From positions 95,668,001 through 95,732,000 of the forward strand of contig NC_045696.1 in NCBI RefSeq assembly GCF_009834535.1: DNA of 64,000 nt, read 5' to 3'. The position numbers and the translations under genes were made by a program. Below are positions 11,211 to 26,137 of the stretch, in pieces (position 1 is the first letter of the stretch; the number at the start of each line of letters is the position of its first letter). This stretch comes from Camelus ferus (Eukaryota). The notes beneath the pieces are model-generated. The model worked only from the letters and a program-made list of their open reading frames with translations. It did not search any database and was not told the DNA's origin.

Positions 11211-14200
11211 GGTAAAGAAGAAAATATTAGGTCAAAACATAAAATTACTGATACTGGATAATTTTTATTTTATTTATGTATGGCAATTTCATGTCTTTTA
11301 ATCTATAAAAATAAGTTTAAAATGAACACTAAGTTTAATTACTGGTTATCAGATTTACTGGTTATCAAATTTAAGTACTTAAATCCACCAACTAAACAGA
11401 ACAGATCATTTTAGGTAAGAAATTAGACAACTAGACACATTTAAAATAAATAAAGTGTTTATGGGAAGGTTCTGCTAGCAACAGCTGTACGCATGTTTAC
11501 AAGACACATTTCTTTCAACAGCACGAACAAATCTAAGTTGAAAACAAGCTTGTCTAAGGGTCACACTGATCATCAAAGAATCACAAGCAGGGAAAGAGGA
11601 GGACAATTAATTCAATTCAATTTCTCCCAAACCCTTAAGGGCAATAATAATAATAACAACAATATGACTCCAAAGAGAAATGAATGAAATGAATAAGATT
11701 ACTGAGAAAGATATTTTGGTGTTGCTGGGCTGGGTGGACTTACCCAAGGCTATCTGGTTATTTCTCTATTCAAAGAATGGGTTTAGATAGGAAAAAAGAA
11801 ATTAAGAGAACAGCAAAAGAGAAAATATTCTAGAGGGTATGTATAGATATTCTCTAAATTCTTCCAGATTCTAAAACTCAAACAAAACATCTATTGACCA
11901 AATTTACTTTACCATGAAAAGTAGTTTATCTAAGACGGGCATTCCAGCTGAGGCAAAGCAATGTTTCCTCTTGATATAAAAACCCTTGTCATGTAAGAGT
12001 CACATTAATAAAGCAAATTTGTACATCGCTGCTTCTTTGTTTCTTATCCTATTGAATAAAATGTGCCATGTTTATTATTGCTCAGCAAAATGCAAGAGAA
12101 TTGTTCTCTGCTGACTTAAAACGTGTTACTTGTTAAAAAATACCTGGCTACAGCTGAAAAGATTCTAAGTTCTTTGAACTAGTAATAGTCTAGAAACACA
12201 GCATATTCACCTTTTATTTTTCAGTTTATACTCAAATTCTAACAGCAAAATGATTTTTTAATAATACATGATAAATGTTAATCATTAGTGTTTCCCTACA
12301 AAAATAATGTCTTGTTTTCCTGATGTGAAATTCAGACATTTGTGTGAAATTATAGAGACAATTTTCATTCGTAACTATACAAGTTATATATAGCCTTTTT
12401 GATTAAAAAAGGAGAGTGCCTGAAATATTGAAATAGCTTATTCATTTGTCAATTGGCTATCCAACTACTGTCTTTCCAATCACATTTATTGTGTTTTGTA
12501 CAAATTTCCTTGATTCTTGGAATATTTTGTATTATTTATGAAAACAACACAAAACAAAGAACAGCTAGTTCATTGTTTTGATGTACATACAAGCACTTTC
12601 AACTGCATACTAATTAACCATTCCCCATCTTGCACCCCTTGCTTGTTCTAATATATTATTTACCCTTGGAACAAAGAACAAGAAATCAGTCTCATTAACT
12701 TCCATTGAACATTTGTAATTGAATTGAGAGATTTTCAAAATTCCCTGGAGTATGAGAAATACGTTCATTAAGAGAGCTAAGTGCTCTGTGATTGTTATGA
12801 ATTTAAATTTTAAAAATTACCTGTCTTCACTAATAAAACATTTAGTGATGTGATTCCCTTGTATTACTATCTTTAACTGTAAAACAAAATTATTGATGCA
12901 ATTATTAGTTTTTTCAGTATGTTTATGCTGATTTATTATACTGCAAGACTAATAAAATTTGACTTCACCATTAGGGCAATATTGTAATATAGTATAATGA
13001 AGAATTTTTAGACTGTAGCAGTCTTGACAATCACAATTAAACAATGTAAAAAGTTAACAAAATGTTTCAAATACTGCCTTTCAAAATATACCCCCAACCC
13101 AACACAAGTATGTATTATTTATGTGTCTGTAAGCAGTATTTTTCTCATGTTAACCTAACTTTAAAACCCAACATCACTTGTATTATTTAAAAGAATTGCT
13201 GATCAAAATGCCTAGCATGGGCTGTCAGATCTGGAGAAATGCTTAGAAATTATTGCATAGAGCACCCCCATCCTAAGCACAAGGACATCAGGCTCTGGGT
13301 GGTTAGGAGGGATACACATGGACAGGAAAGGCTGACTTTGGGAGCAATGGGGGATGTTCTGTATGCAGTGGAGATGCCAGGCTGAACACTAGGGAGAAGA
13401 GAGTACTAGGGAGCCCTCCCTGAGAACCATATATATATACTGTTTCCTGTTGGAAGAGGAGAAAAACCACTCTTTGATCCATCCCTAGACTGAAGCCTAA
13501 CGTTATCTATTTTGATTAACAAAAAAGAAAGAAAGAAAAATAACAGGAAGCTTGAGAAAGAGGATCCAGCCGTTTGACCCTTCATAATACCTCTGTGTTC
13601 AGGGGAGGGACATGACAAACCTGAGTCAGCCAGGAATTTCTCACTGCCAAAGGAACGCAAAATACAAAAACTTATGCCAAAAGACCCTTCGTTCTAAACA
13701 AAATTCTGTGTTTACACTGTGACCACAATTAAATGCACCAGCTGCATCAATTTGTTTTACCACTGATAGGGCCTTAACCGCCAAACCCCAAGCAAACCTT
13801 TTGAATAAAAATGCCCATTCCGTTTTCTACCATTCTTTCCTCCTTCACTGTACATCTTTTAATGACCTCCATGTATATCTATTAAGAACTGGAAATGGTG
13901 AAATACTAATTTGTAGCAGAGATTAGAATACAGGGAAAATAAAAACAAACATTTCAATGACACTAGATTCTTGAATGTTAAATACCAAGCATTGTGAGAG
14001 GAGAAAAAGTAGATTAGAAAATCTCTCCACAAACCAGTATCTGATCTCTCTCTTTTCTCCTAAGTTCTAGGCTATCCTCCTAACTTAGCAGGGCAATATG
14101 GGAAATATAAGGATAAAGAAGGTATAAAACCTAACCTCAAGGCACTTGTGAATTTTTGCACTCAAATCTGCTTAAAATTTTCAACAGTCTTATCCCACAT

Positions 14201-15999
14201 GAAGATAGTCTACAATATGATGCTGTTATTGTTTGAATTCCTTAGAAGATAGAATTTTTATTACACTGTTAAATATCTAGATTTTCTGTAATCTCCTCTT
14301 TTGTTGATTTGCAAAGTCAAATATTTAAAATGCAACCTTGAAAAATTTACAGCATTATCTGAGCCTTGATTTTCACAAAAAAATGAAGCAAATTGATGAG
14401 TGGAGTTACGGATGGCAAATAACAAGGGCCACCTGCCTTCCTGCTTGAGTCCATGGTAGACATTAATCATGCTGTTGTTTCTGCTGTGCTCAAACTTAAC
14501 CTCAGAATATTCTGTAACAGAGTGCTCCAGGAAGCCCCTATCAATTAAAGATACCACTCTTGCTGTCTTGAATATAGTAGCTCTTATTTAAATAAAAATT
14601 ACCTGGTTCTACCCTATGATAACTTCCTCTTAAAAATGTAGTACCAATTGAGAATTTTTTCCCTCAATCTTTTCTGCCATTTCATGTTTCCTTATTGTCC
14701 GCAGGCTTCTAGAAAATTCCTGGTTGTGAGTTTGACTACAGTTAATACATTAGCTAGATTTGTTTACTCTGGCGTCAGTGGTTTTACTATTATCTAAAAA
14801 TTATTATAAACTGTTTCAAATACTCTTTGCAAAATGTCAGCTTCTAAATAATAAGTGAATTAATGTTTCAGTGATTATTCTTTGTATAAACTTTATAATC
14901 CTATTCAAGACTCACAGGGTATCAGTTTCAACTTAAAGTAATCAGAGTATTGGTGTGCTGATTAATTTAGAATCCAACAGAGTGCTTGAAATTTTCACAA
15001 TTAATTTTTGTTAACATGTGGATCAGTGACTAATGCAAGGGCCTTGTCCACCTTTGGTTACTACTCAAGCCTCCTTTTAAATAGCAGAGAGAATTTTGTA
15101 TACAGAAAAAGAGGACAGAAGTTTCCAAATATTATTCACTAGAGAAATGAAAACCCAGCCTCTCAGATAGTCTGCAGGGGGAGGGAATGCAGGAAAAAAA
15201 TTCTATCACACAGTCCCACGACTTGTGAACTCAAGAAGAAAATGAAGGAAACAAAACCATAGAAATGGGGAGAAAATCCTCTTAGAACCCAGGATATTAA
15301 AGAATGGTGCTGACTTGGGGAATGTTTGGAAGCACAGATCCATGCACGTCAAGATCAAAGAACAAGAATTAATGGGGAAGAACAAGTTCTTCACTAATAG
15401 CAATCAATAAATTCACTGCTGATAGTAAAAATTAGCAAAATTCATGAAAGCTGGCTTATATCTTACTAGGTCTGTTGCATATTTATTTTAATTAAGACAA
15501 TCTGCTGCCTCCATTAACCTTATAACTGTCGAGTTTTATTTACACAGATGGGAAGATTTTGCTAGAATTGATATGTTTTTGATAATTTTAGTTTGCATAC
15601 AATGCCTTTACAAAATTGAAAATATTTGCAGTCATAATTTAAAAAATTTACTTATAAGCATTCTGCCAGACAAACATAAATTTATAGGTAAAATTTTATT
15701 ATTTTTAATTTTAGGGAAATTAAAAAATAAAATAATGTTTTCTAGGCGGAAAGTCAGTAATGTAACAGGTACTATTAAACCGAAAAATAAAAGGCAAAGA
15801 CCAAGGATGCGATTTTGTGGCATGAACGAGGCAGCAGGAGAAAATTATATGTGCAGAGAAAAAGTTAATGTGAACTGAGAAAAGAGTTCCCACCTGAGTC
15901 AGGGCACTAAAGCAAGGAATGTGAACGCTGCCCACTGGGCCTCCTCTGCCCCCACCCCAGCGGGGAGTAGCGGGAGGGGAAGTGCCTTGATGCTGCCCA

Positions 16000-16495
16000 G
16001 TGGGGATAAGTCCGGGCTCCTTCCAGGAGAGTTTGAGGTGCTTTCACAGACTGAGTAGAAGTCCAGGCTCCTCAGTCAGACTTTGCTGGCATGGGTGGGA
16101 GTGGGCCAATTTTTTCCCGCACTGGTGTTTGGTATTTGATTTAACTGGAATGTTTTTAAAGGTTTCTATCTTGCTAGACGGTCCCTCTCCTTTCTTCTTA
16201 GCTAGAGAGAATAGGCTTTTATTGGGGCTCTTTTTTCTGTCTGTGCCTGTTGCCATTTTTAGGTTGTGCTTCTTTATCTACAAGCCTGGTATACATGAGG
16301 CAGACAACAACAACAAATAAACAAATAAAAAACAACCAAGGGAAGTTACCACTGTGTCATTTCCTGGGTACCAAAGTCTCTAGCTGATCTGCCTTCTTCT
16401 CTCCCTCTTTCAGAATCTTCTTACGTTTTCAGTTGCAGTTGACAGAAAGAACAGGAAAAACTATGACTGTTCCATTTTCCCAGAAGCAGAAGGCT
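16000..16495 (-). mobile_element. Old L1 5'-end fragment (L1MD/L1ME-like)
   Basis: Ends in aggaaaaactatgactgttccattttcccagaagcagaagg, resembling the antisense of ancient L1 5' termini. Confidence 0.4.
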
Positions 16496-17416
16496 CCCAA
16501 CACAGGAATTTAAATCAAATATTATAAATTAATAATAGTTTCTTTAAAATAACAGGAATAAATCACACTGTTAATGCATATGTTCTTATATTTCCATATC
16601 GTAGTTATGTGTAGTGGCTCCTTCAATACTAGAAATAAAAGAACATTGCCTTGTTATTGTACAAAAATTAGGAGGAATGTAAGTGATATTAGAAATGAGT
16701 AAAATTACTTGGAGGAGCTTTGATGCTTTGATTAATTTTTAACTTGACATTTTATCTTCATCCCTACATTACGTTTTAAATCTGTCTAAAAAGTACTTTT
16801 TAAAGGTTTCAAAGATGTACCAAGTATAACCAGAGAGTTATTCTGGACAAGAGAAAGTTCCAATATATTATACTGTTTTTTTCCCCATTAATTACAAAAT
16901 TTATCCTTGCCAAAGGTCATTTGAAGGAAAAATAGAAATGAGAATTAGAAGGTGACTTCTGAAAATAATGGTAAGTAAAAATGAGAATAGTAGTTATAGT
17001 TTAAGTAATGAAACTTCTTGTATCACTAAAACAATAATTTCTTACATATAACATAATGATATTAAATTTCTTTCATAGTCCATATATCACTGGATTTCAG
17101 AGCCAAATATGTATGTACACTATAAATAGATGCCAGTTAAAATTTTAAAATAATTTAATCATTATTGTCTAAAGATTAACTGTATCCAGCAAGTTGTACC
17201 CAGCTGATAAACTGTCCATTGTTGATGAAATTATAACTTGATTTATTATATTGTGGTGCAGGTCACAGAAGGCCACTGGATAATTAGAATAGTAATATCT
17301 AGAGTACTGTGAAACAAAAAAGTAATCTCTTCTGATATTCAGAAAGCATCTTCACATAAGCAGATGCCTTACAGCCCACCTATTCACTCGAATAAGCAGA
17401 TCCATCCATACACAGC

Positions 17417-17640
17417 CAATGGTGTGCTGGTTCTCACTCACACCAGCTCATAAGAACCTATTGTTACATTTTAAGGAATTTTTTGAGCTAGTTGAGGTCA
17501 AGGTAGTAGTCTGAAGTTGGCCTTAATTGGAATATTCAAACAATGGAAATTGTCAAGTCCTGTAAATCAGTACCACCTTCCTCCCAACTCCTATTTTTCA
17601 CAAAGAGATGGTTGCTAAACATTTATCAGCACACCACTCC
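17417..17640. mobile_element. MER63-like hAT DNA transposon
   Basis: Terminal inverted repeats caatggtgtgctgg ... tcagcacaccact, with internal ggttgctaaacattt. Confidence 0.65.
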
Positions 17641-17753
17641 ATAAATCTTTATATTGCTATCATTACTAACTGGCACTTGCCACAGAAATAATATAATATG
17701 TTACATTATTCATTTATTTATAATTACATGCGATAATATATAACTACATATCA

Positions 17754-17825
17754 GTGTGTGTGTATATATATATACATATATATATATATAAAATTATATA
17801 TATATATAATTTTACACACACACAT
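17754..17825. repeat. (TG)n(TA)n(CA)n compound microsatellite
   Basis: Read directly from the sequence. Confidence 0.9.
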
Positions 17826-20800
17826 CTCCCCCTATAGTCCAAGATCACTCTTCCTACCAGTGTGTGTTTTGATACTGCCCGTTGGCAGAGCCTGAGCTAG
17901 GTGCACTAGGGCACATAAGAGTGACTCAAAGAAGACCCTGCCTTGTCTTCATGAGAGTACCTAATTTGAAACAAAAATAAAAACAACATTGTGACATTTT
18001 CTCCCTCACCTTTGTCTCTTTTTTCCCTTAGAGTCATGAAATAAATACTTCTTGGAAACATTTTATGATGAAACAAGTATTTACAGATACAACTTCTTGA
18101 CAATCCCTTCTTTTGGTGAGCAGACACAGGTCCTCTCTGCAGGAAGTTACAAATACTAGTGATATTAAAGCACCACACAGTACATTCCCAGAATGTCTAG
18201 GAGTCCTCCCTTTCTTGCAGGTATCCACTGCCAAGGAAGGAATAACGCATCTCTCCAGTGTGGATGTAGCAGATGGGCAGGGGGGCCTGTGTGATTACGG
18301 CTACGGATGTCAGGAGGGGTCACCGTAAGATTCAGTGACCTGAACTCTGCTTCCTTCTCTTCCCTGTAATATCCCAGCTCAGCAGCCCCAATCTTTCTTC
18401 ATGGCTTCACATTTAAGACAGAAGGAAATCACATTCTTTAACCCTACTCTGCTCATTAAATAAGAAGACAGCCGTTCCTCTCACTCTCAACTACAATAAA
18501 TTCATTTCTAAATTTCTTAAATACATACAGTTAAGTATGTATTTAAACTGTATGTCTAGGCCTAAACTGTATTAAACTGTTTGTCTAGGCCTAAAGGGAA
18601 AGAAGGATATAGGAAATAAGTGTTGGGTGTTGATTCATTTTATTCTCAGTTTCCTTCAGGCACTTACCAGTTAAAAATAGAATAATAAAATTTACTGTAC
18701 AATGAGAAAACATGACTCATGATTAGGATCATTAAGTCTGAACTGAAAATGGTTCTGTTTCAGTGTCTTATTACCTTTAAGGAGCTAAATGATAAATGAC
18801 TTGAAGCTGTGTAGCTTGTTTGAATCATGAAACTTAAGCCTATTATTTATGTCATCACATAAATAATTACTGCATAATCCTGAGGGGAAATTATGTACCT
18901 CTAGATCCGCACCTGTCTCAGCTTAAAGTTACATATTGCTATTAGATGCAATGATAATAGCAAATAAATATTCTCTTGATAGTGTTTATCATACTATCAT
19001 TTATATGGTTGTGCTCTTAAATTTCTGCCAGTTTAATGTATTTCATTTCAAACTATGTAAGTATCATAAAGAGAAAGAAATGAAATGTAAAATAAGTTGT
19101 CTTAACTTTGGCAATAAAAATCTTTATAACTTCCATGTAGGATTGACTAAAATAAACTAGAAAAAGGATGTTACACTGTTGTTCTGACAAAAGGGACCAT
19201 CCATAAGAGAAAGAAATGTTCCTTAATGTTCCTTTGTCCCTGTAAATACAGGAACCTAATCTGGCACAATCTTAGGAGGTTAGAATTATGGGGGCCTTAT
19301 CAGGGCCAAGAGATACGAGTGTTCTGTTTTGTAGAATTGGCACTCTTTTGTCTTGAAGGGAAAAATTAAGCCCATGCTTAATTCCAAAAAGGTTCCTAGA
19401 CTAGAGCAGCTCCACCATCCTATGTCCTCTGTTACAGACATTCTTTGATGAGGACAGGGGATAAACGCTTAGAATTTTCCAGTCCTATTGAATGATTCCT
19501 CCTACCTCCAAGATGGCTAAGACCAGTCTTCTTATGACAGATGGTAAGAACATGAATCACATGCCCACTCACCCCTCAATGGACTTTTTCCTTACAAAAC
19601 TGACATTAGGTCATTTTTAGTTGTAAAACAGAGGAACCTGCATATCTATAATAAGTCAGCAAGACATTTCAAGATAGCTAATTAACATTTCTCTAAAACA
19701 ATGTCTACACATCTATGCACAGAGGCTGTTGCATAGTTCCCAGGTACCAGAGGTCATGCCTTGATAGAGGAGCCCCATGGGCATAGAGCTTTTCAAATTC
19801 TGGATTAGAAATAACTATACTGAACAGAATGGACTTAATTACAATGTTTATTTTTTGGACTTGCATTTTCCTCTGAGATTTAAAAATCCCTGAGACACAG
19901 TGTTTACAGGCTAAAAATTCTAACTCTTGATAATGCATGATTGAGACCTATAATTTTGAATGGGCAACATTTTATTCTTACTGGTAGAACACCTATTTTC
20001 TTCATACTAGTATTCACATAGTAATATTATCCATCAATAGTTGAAGTTTTGTATGATTGTTTCAAAGATCTTTTAGTTACTTGCCTTTTTATGTTCTCTA
20101 TATATTTTTTTTCTGTCACAAAGTTTACTTTCTTGTGTTTCATAGTTGCTGTGTCCTCATGTCCTATGAGACCCAGTTCACTGACCTCTTATATCTTTAA
20201 ATTCCCACAGCTCACAACTCAATGATATTCTCTTTCCATGGCCATGAACTCTGGGGCTCCCATTACCCTCATGAATCTGTGTCCCATGTAAGGCAAGCAA
20301 TGGAATGGCCTGCTTGAAATCAGTGAACCAATGATGTATGTTGTATTTTGATTGGCAAGTGAGGTTTAAAAAACAAATTAACTTACCTTTAATAAATTAC
20401 AGCATATTATCCAAAACTTTCCATAGAAAGATGCCACCTTCTATATATATATTTGGTAATAAATTAATTAATGATATGTTTAAATTATCCCTTTTATGGC
20501 TAAATACTACATGAGCCTCTGTCTGAGGTAAAGACAGACAATAAAATAAGGCCCCTGTCTTAAAAAATTATTAAAAATGTATTTGAAACAATCAGTTACC
20601 ACCCAGGAACCACAGAGATACGGGACTGAGGATGTAACAAAACTCTTAATGGGAAGCTTCATGTTCTCCACCTTTCCTCAAAGACTCTTTGACATGTGGA
20701 ATACTAAATATGGGACTTAAAAATATATAAAATCATCATGTGGCTCTTGGTCTCTTAGTATACTGCATTTTATTTCCTTTGATATGTTTTTTATTAAACT

Positions 20801-23800
20801 TTATATTATGTTAAAAAGGCTTGCAGCAGAGAAGCAAAAATGTCTTCTTAATGACACATTTTCTTGGTTTCTGGGAGGAGGATTAGATTAAGAGACATAT
20901 AATTTCATAATCCATGAAATAAACATAGCCCTTCATGTCAGGCCAACTCTGAAATGAGGAGCAAACACATTTGAGTACAAAGTACATGACTGTGATGTGA
21001 ACTTCTCTGCAATATCATCACCCTAAGCTTGCTAAAATAGATCGTCTGTGAGTTTTTACTGACCATGTGTAGTAACGACTGTATTAGAGTGCTTTGGGGA
21101 TTACAGAAAACAGAGAATGCCAACTAGGTAGATGGTTTCACCTACAGTATTCTGGTCAGGGCATATCAGATTGCAAAAGAGGCTTACTTTAAAGATGCTA
21201 TCACAAATAAGAACACAAATACAAGTACAGTTAGGCCTCACTAAGTACCTGAAAATTTAGAAGTCAGCAATTAATATGTGGAAGCTAGTCTATCTTTCTA
21301 TCTGTCTATATGTCTGTCTATCTATTATCACTATCATTTATTATTTCTCATTATTTACTCCATCGTCTTCTCTTCTTATATGGCTTCAAATAGTCCCTAA
21401 GGCTGCATACTCCTTCAGCACAACTTCCTTAGCCTAGTGACATCATTCCCAATTTTTGAATGAGAGGTCTAACTTTCTAAGCTCACCTTTTCAGCTGGGT
21501 CTATGGGTCCTGAGTAAGGAATAAACATGGCATGGGGTCAAGTAGTACCTGTTGAATGTAATTTTCCTTAGAAAAGAATATGGACAGAGGAAGCAGTGAA
21601 AAATACTTCCTATAAAACGGTACCTTAATCACAACATCCTAAAACTAGAATCATCTTTCTATTCTCCACCGCCTTCCTAATGCATATCCACACCATCCCC
21701 ATCTTCTTTGCATTTCTATCTTCATGAATGGCATCACCATTCATCTAGTTATCCAGTCAAATAGGACAGAAGACATGACTGATTTTTCTTCCTTATCTCC
21801 ACATAACCAATCAGCTTTTGAAGGCTGATGATTCATTGATTTTTATGACACAAATGCCAGTCACTTGCTGGAAATTTATATATACAATTTCAATATCAAA
21901 AGAAGTACAAATTGTATAATTGCATATAGTATCCATATATTATAGATGAAGAAACAAAGAGCAGTTGCAGTAACTTACCCAAGAGACCTGCATAGCAAAA
22001 TACAAAACTGAGTTTTTATCCTAGGCACTCTGACATTAGAAATACCCCTGCAGTCAGTAGTCCCTTGCCTACTATGACAGGAGATTAAAGTTTTTGCAAA
22101 TAGGAAAGTCAGGAAAACCTGAACTTGCTGCAGTTACTTTACTTCCAATCTTAACCTTTTAATGGGCAAGTTACTGATTAACTCCTACCTTAATTAACTA
22201 CAGGAGGCTAGCTGAATAGTGATAAAATAATGACTACTCACTGCTTATGTCTGTATTATTTCCTGCCTCCATTTCCCTTTCCAGCCAGGATTCCTTACCA
22301 TCCTGGTACCCAGAATGCCTGGCTTGGTTCAAAGCTTGGATCTCTGCTTTACGAAATGTTGAAAGGACAAGTTTAAATACACCTAACCTTACTTAAGCAA
22401 ACTCATGAATACCTAAAAATAAAATATGAAGAAAGGAGCATAATTTATTAATCTTTCCCATATTTTAAAGGAATTTTGGATTAGTGGCAGGGAACTGAAT
22501 CTATTCTTTCCTTCTCTAATTTTGTTTTTATTATTTCATTTTTTTTTCTTTATCCAACTTGGGTTCTACTTCAAATTTGATTAAACACTGCAACCTTTTC
22601 CTCAATATTTAGAATAGAAGCCTTAATTATTTACAAATAGTTGTTCATGATAATTGTGTGTCCCAAGTCTTCATGCATATGTTTGTGAATTTGAGTGTGT
22701 GGGTGGGGAAGAGAGTAAACTGTTTAGCTAGAGTAGGGCTCCTGCTAACTTCACTTGAATAATAAGCGTCCAATTGTTGCATATTTGTTCTTATGACATT
22801 GAAGGCCAAAGCTATAATTTATTTAGTATTGATTCCTGATCAGATCCATACAGAAAATTAAAACCATTTTATAATGTCCCACTTTCTGACTCACTTTACA
22901 GCAATATATTTAATAGAGACAGTTAGGACTATATATACAAAATGTTTTCCATTCAGCTTTACAGGACCTTAATTTATGATCTGGTACTTGTTTTCTAGAG
23001 AAAATGTAATTTGCCTTATTGGCCACTATTCTGTACTGTGCTCTTAAACTTCCTTCCCTTTAGTCAATTCAAAACTCAGTCTTCCCCCAGAATTTTTTAA
23101 TAACTTTGTGAGACCACATAACACATTCGGCTGTGTAAGTATAATTACTTTGATTTTCACTGTTGAAGTTCTAGAGACTTCTCATAGAGAGAACATACGA
23201 TTAGAGGTCAATCAGTGTTACCTGAAATTAAAGGAAGCACTATCAAATGACTGGCTCTTATGTTTATTTTCCTGTTTCATATTTTAAAGTATTTTCCTTT
23301 TTTCCTTAAGTTTTAGAATTAAAGTCTTGGAAATATTCATTAGGAGTTCCAAGGGACATATGGTCCATGTCAACAAATTACACTGATTTTAAAGCATTCC
23401 ACATTTTAGTCTATTGATTTGTTTCAAAAATGGAAACTTTCACTCAAACTTTTTATATTAACCGTAACATATTCTAAGCAACTCACATGTTGGGCTCTCA
23501 CCTCCATAGTAAAAAAAATGAAATGCTGGAATTATTTGGTAAACATCATGCTCAACTCCTTAATTAAAAACAAATTTGTTTCTGTTAGTGTTGCTTTACA
23601 GTGCCTAAATATAAGAAATAATGAGTTATGCTAAAAAAAATTTTAAAATTTACTTCCCAAAGTACAGCAGTTTACTGGAGATCACTACAATAAGGATGAT
23701 GGTGGATTTTCCCAGTTTAGTAGTGATAGAAATTATGAGAAATGATTGGATTGGGATAATTTTGAAGTGGAGTCAACCCGATTTACTGATGGAACAGATC

Positions 23801-24054
23801 TGAGATGTGAGGAAAAGAAGAAGAAAAGATCAATACAAAAAAAGATTAATATGAGACTTTAGGCCTAAGTAACTAAACGTACGAATTCCATTTCCTGAAA
23901 TTTGGAGTCACAGTTATAGGAGAAGCTGTTTTTGATCACGTTATATTTAACTGCCTATTAGAATGTCAAAATGCCAACTGTATATATTGGCAGGAGAGAG
24001 GAATAGATGAGACGTATAAATCTGAAGGCCCCAGCACAAAGATGGTAAGTAAAG

Positions 24055-24786
24055 CCATCTTAAAAAATCAGCTAAGGTAACTACCATATGATCCAGTAAT
24101 TCCACTTCTGGATATATAGCTGAAGGAAATAAAACAACTATCTTGAAGATATACCTGCACTCTATGTTCACTAAAGTATTATTTACAGTAACCAAGTCAT
24201 GTTATGGAAGTCATTTTATGGAAATGACTTGTTGATCAACAGATGAATGGATAAAGAAAATGTGATATAACCCATAAAATGAAGGAAATCTTGCCATTTG
24301 CAATAACATGGATGAAACCTGAGAGGGTTAGGCTAAGTAAGATAAGTGAAATAAGTTAGACTAGACTTGGAAAGACAAATACTGTATGATTTCACTTACA
24401 TGAGAAAACAAAAATAATGAATTTATAGAAGTAGAGAACAGATTGGTGTTTGCCATGGGAAGAAAGTAGGGAATGAGAGAAATGGGTGAAGGTTGTCAAA
24501 GGGTTCAAACTTCCAGTTATATGATGAATAAGTTCTGGGGATGTACAGGGTGGTGACTATAGTTGATGAAACTGTATTGCATATTTGAAGGTGCTAAGAG
24601 AGTAGGTTTTAAAAGTTTTCACCCCACATTAAAAAAAATTTTAACTATGTGAGGTTATGGATATGTTAATTAACCTTATTGTGGTAATCATTTTGCAACA
24701 TATACATATATCAAATCATTACATTGTACTGCTTAAAATTAAAATGTTATATGTCAATTATATCTCAGTAAAGCTGGATTAAGAAA
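24055..24786 (+). mobile_element. L1 3' end (L1MA/L1MB-like), 5'-truncated
   Basis: accatatgatccagtaattccacttctgg, gatgaatggataaagaaaatgtg, and terminus atgtcaattatatctcagtaaagctgg. Confidence 0.85.
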
Positions 24787-25215
24787 GACCATTTTAGGAG
24801 TGAGCATAGACAGAAAAAAGGAAAGATCATGAATTGAATTCTGAGGTGTGCCAACGCTTGAAAACTGCATAACTGGGAAACAACTAGCAAAGAAAACTGA
24901 GAAGGCCAAAAAAGGAGAACCAAGTTTTAAGGCCCACATTCCAAAAGCATATAACCAACTGCTACAAATCCTGCTGATAAGATAAGATATAGTTGATTGA
25001 GAATTATGCATTCCATTTAGCAATGTGGCGTCATTGGTGACATTCCCAAGAGTATTTTGGCGGATTTGTGGGGTAAAACACAGACCGCAGTAAATATAAG
25101 ACAGGATGAATGGAGAGGAATTAGAGCCTAGTTTTCGCACTTTGAAGAATTTCTTCCAAAGGAAAACAGAATTGTGGTGGTCGCGGGAGGACAACGTGGT
25201 CTTGTGAAAGGGTTT

Positions 25216-25244
25216 CCTTCTTTCTTTCTTTCTTTCTTTCTTTC
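25216..25244. repeat. (TTTC)n microsatellite at the 5' junction of the retrocopy
   Basis: Read directly from the sequence. Confidence 0.9.
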
Positions 25245-26137
25245 ATCCATCTGAGTGAACTCCGGGTACACCTCACATATGACCAGCTGGCCGTCCCCCC
25301 AGAAGTTCTGCGGGACCATGAGAGGCCTCGGGACCCGCATGCTGCAGGCTGCCCCCTCCCACCAAGACACTGCTGCCGCCCCCTCTGTCCACCCAGCAGT
25401 TTGGCGTCAGTCGGAGATACCTCAAAGAGAAAAATCGAGGTGAACCCATCCCACCCAGTGCTGAGGTTCACAGTGACATACCTGAGAGATAAAAGACTCC
25501 GCACTGAGGGCCTGTCCCAGAGATCCGCCTGTGTCGCAAAATCCAGAGACGCTTCCATCAAGGGAGCCTGTGAACTTTACGACCACGGGGACATCAGCAT
25601 CGCGGCCGTGATCTGAACACCTTCCCGCGAGAGCTGCAATCAACCTTCGAGACCCGCGAGTCCATTCTCGCGGTAACCAGTGTGTAGAGCCTCCGGTGCG
25701 TGAACTGCTGCTGCCAGATCCTACAGAGCCTTCTAGAACACAACGACGCTGTCCTCAGCCACCTCCAGGGCTTCCTGCACCGATGCTTGTCCCAGGAGAA
25801 CATTTTTAACAAAGTGAAGCGCTCCAACCTGTGTCTTCGCGCTGAATTTAATCCGGCCATCCCAGGCTGGCTCGGACTTCCACGCCGAGGAAGCAGCTGG
25901 AGAGCCGCAGCTCATTCCCAGACCCCGCATTGCATCTGCGTAGACACCTTCACATGCACTGGATGGCGTCGGTGGCGGGAAACTGAGGCAGGAGACTCAT
26001 CTCATGTACTAGGTAGGAATCACCATAGTTTCCCTTGGCCTCGACATTACTTCTCCGCCAAGGCCACTTTTATTTTTTGAGGCTCCCCATAAATTAAAAA
26101 TTAAAACGTGGAAAATTGCTGTTTAAAAAAGAAAAAA
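25242..26137 (+). pseudogene. ARHGAP8: Processed pseudogene of ARHGAP8 (BPGAP1): proline-rich linker, RhoGAP domain and 3'UTR, 5'-truncated
   Basis: Frameshifted translations [82 protein letters not shown] and [12 protein letters not shown] match recalled ARHGAP8. It is intronless, has ATTAAA at 26093 and 26100, and an A-rich tail at 26125-26137. Confidence 0.88.

Noticed and set aside
11339..11371. Short tandem duplication (ttactggttatca.at x2); similar ones near 18545 and 53085
   Set aside because: Ordinary slippage duplications with no sign of function.
24754..25930. Several 65-146 aa minus-strand ORFs
   Set aside because: Antisense shadows of the GC-rich retrocopy and L2; no recognisable protein.
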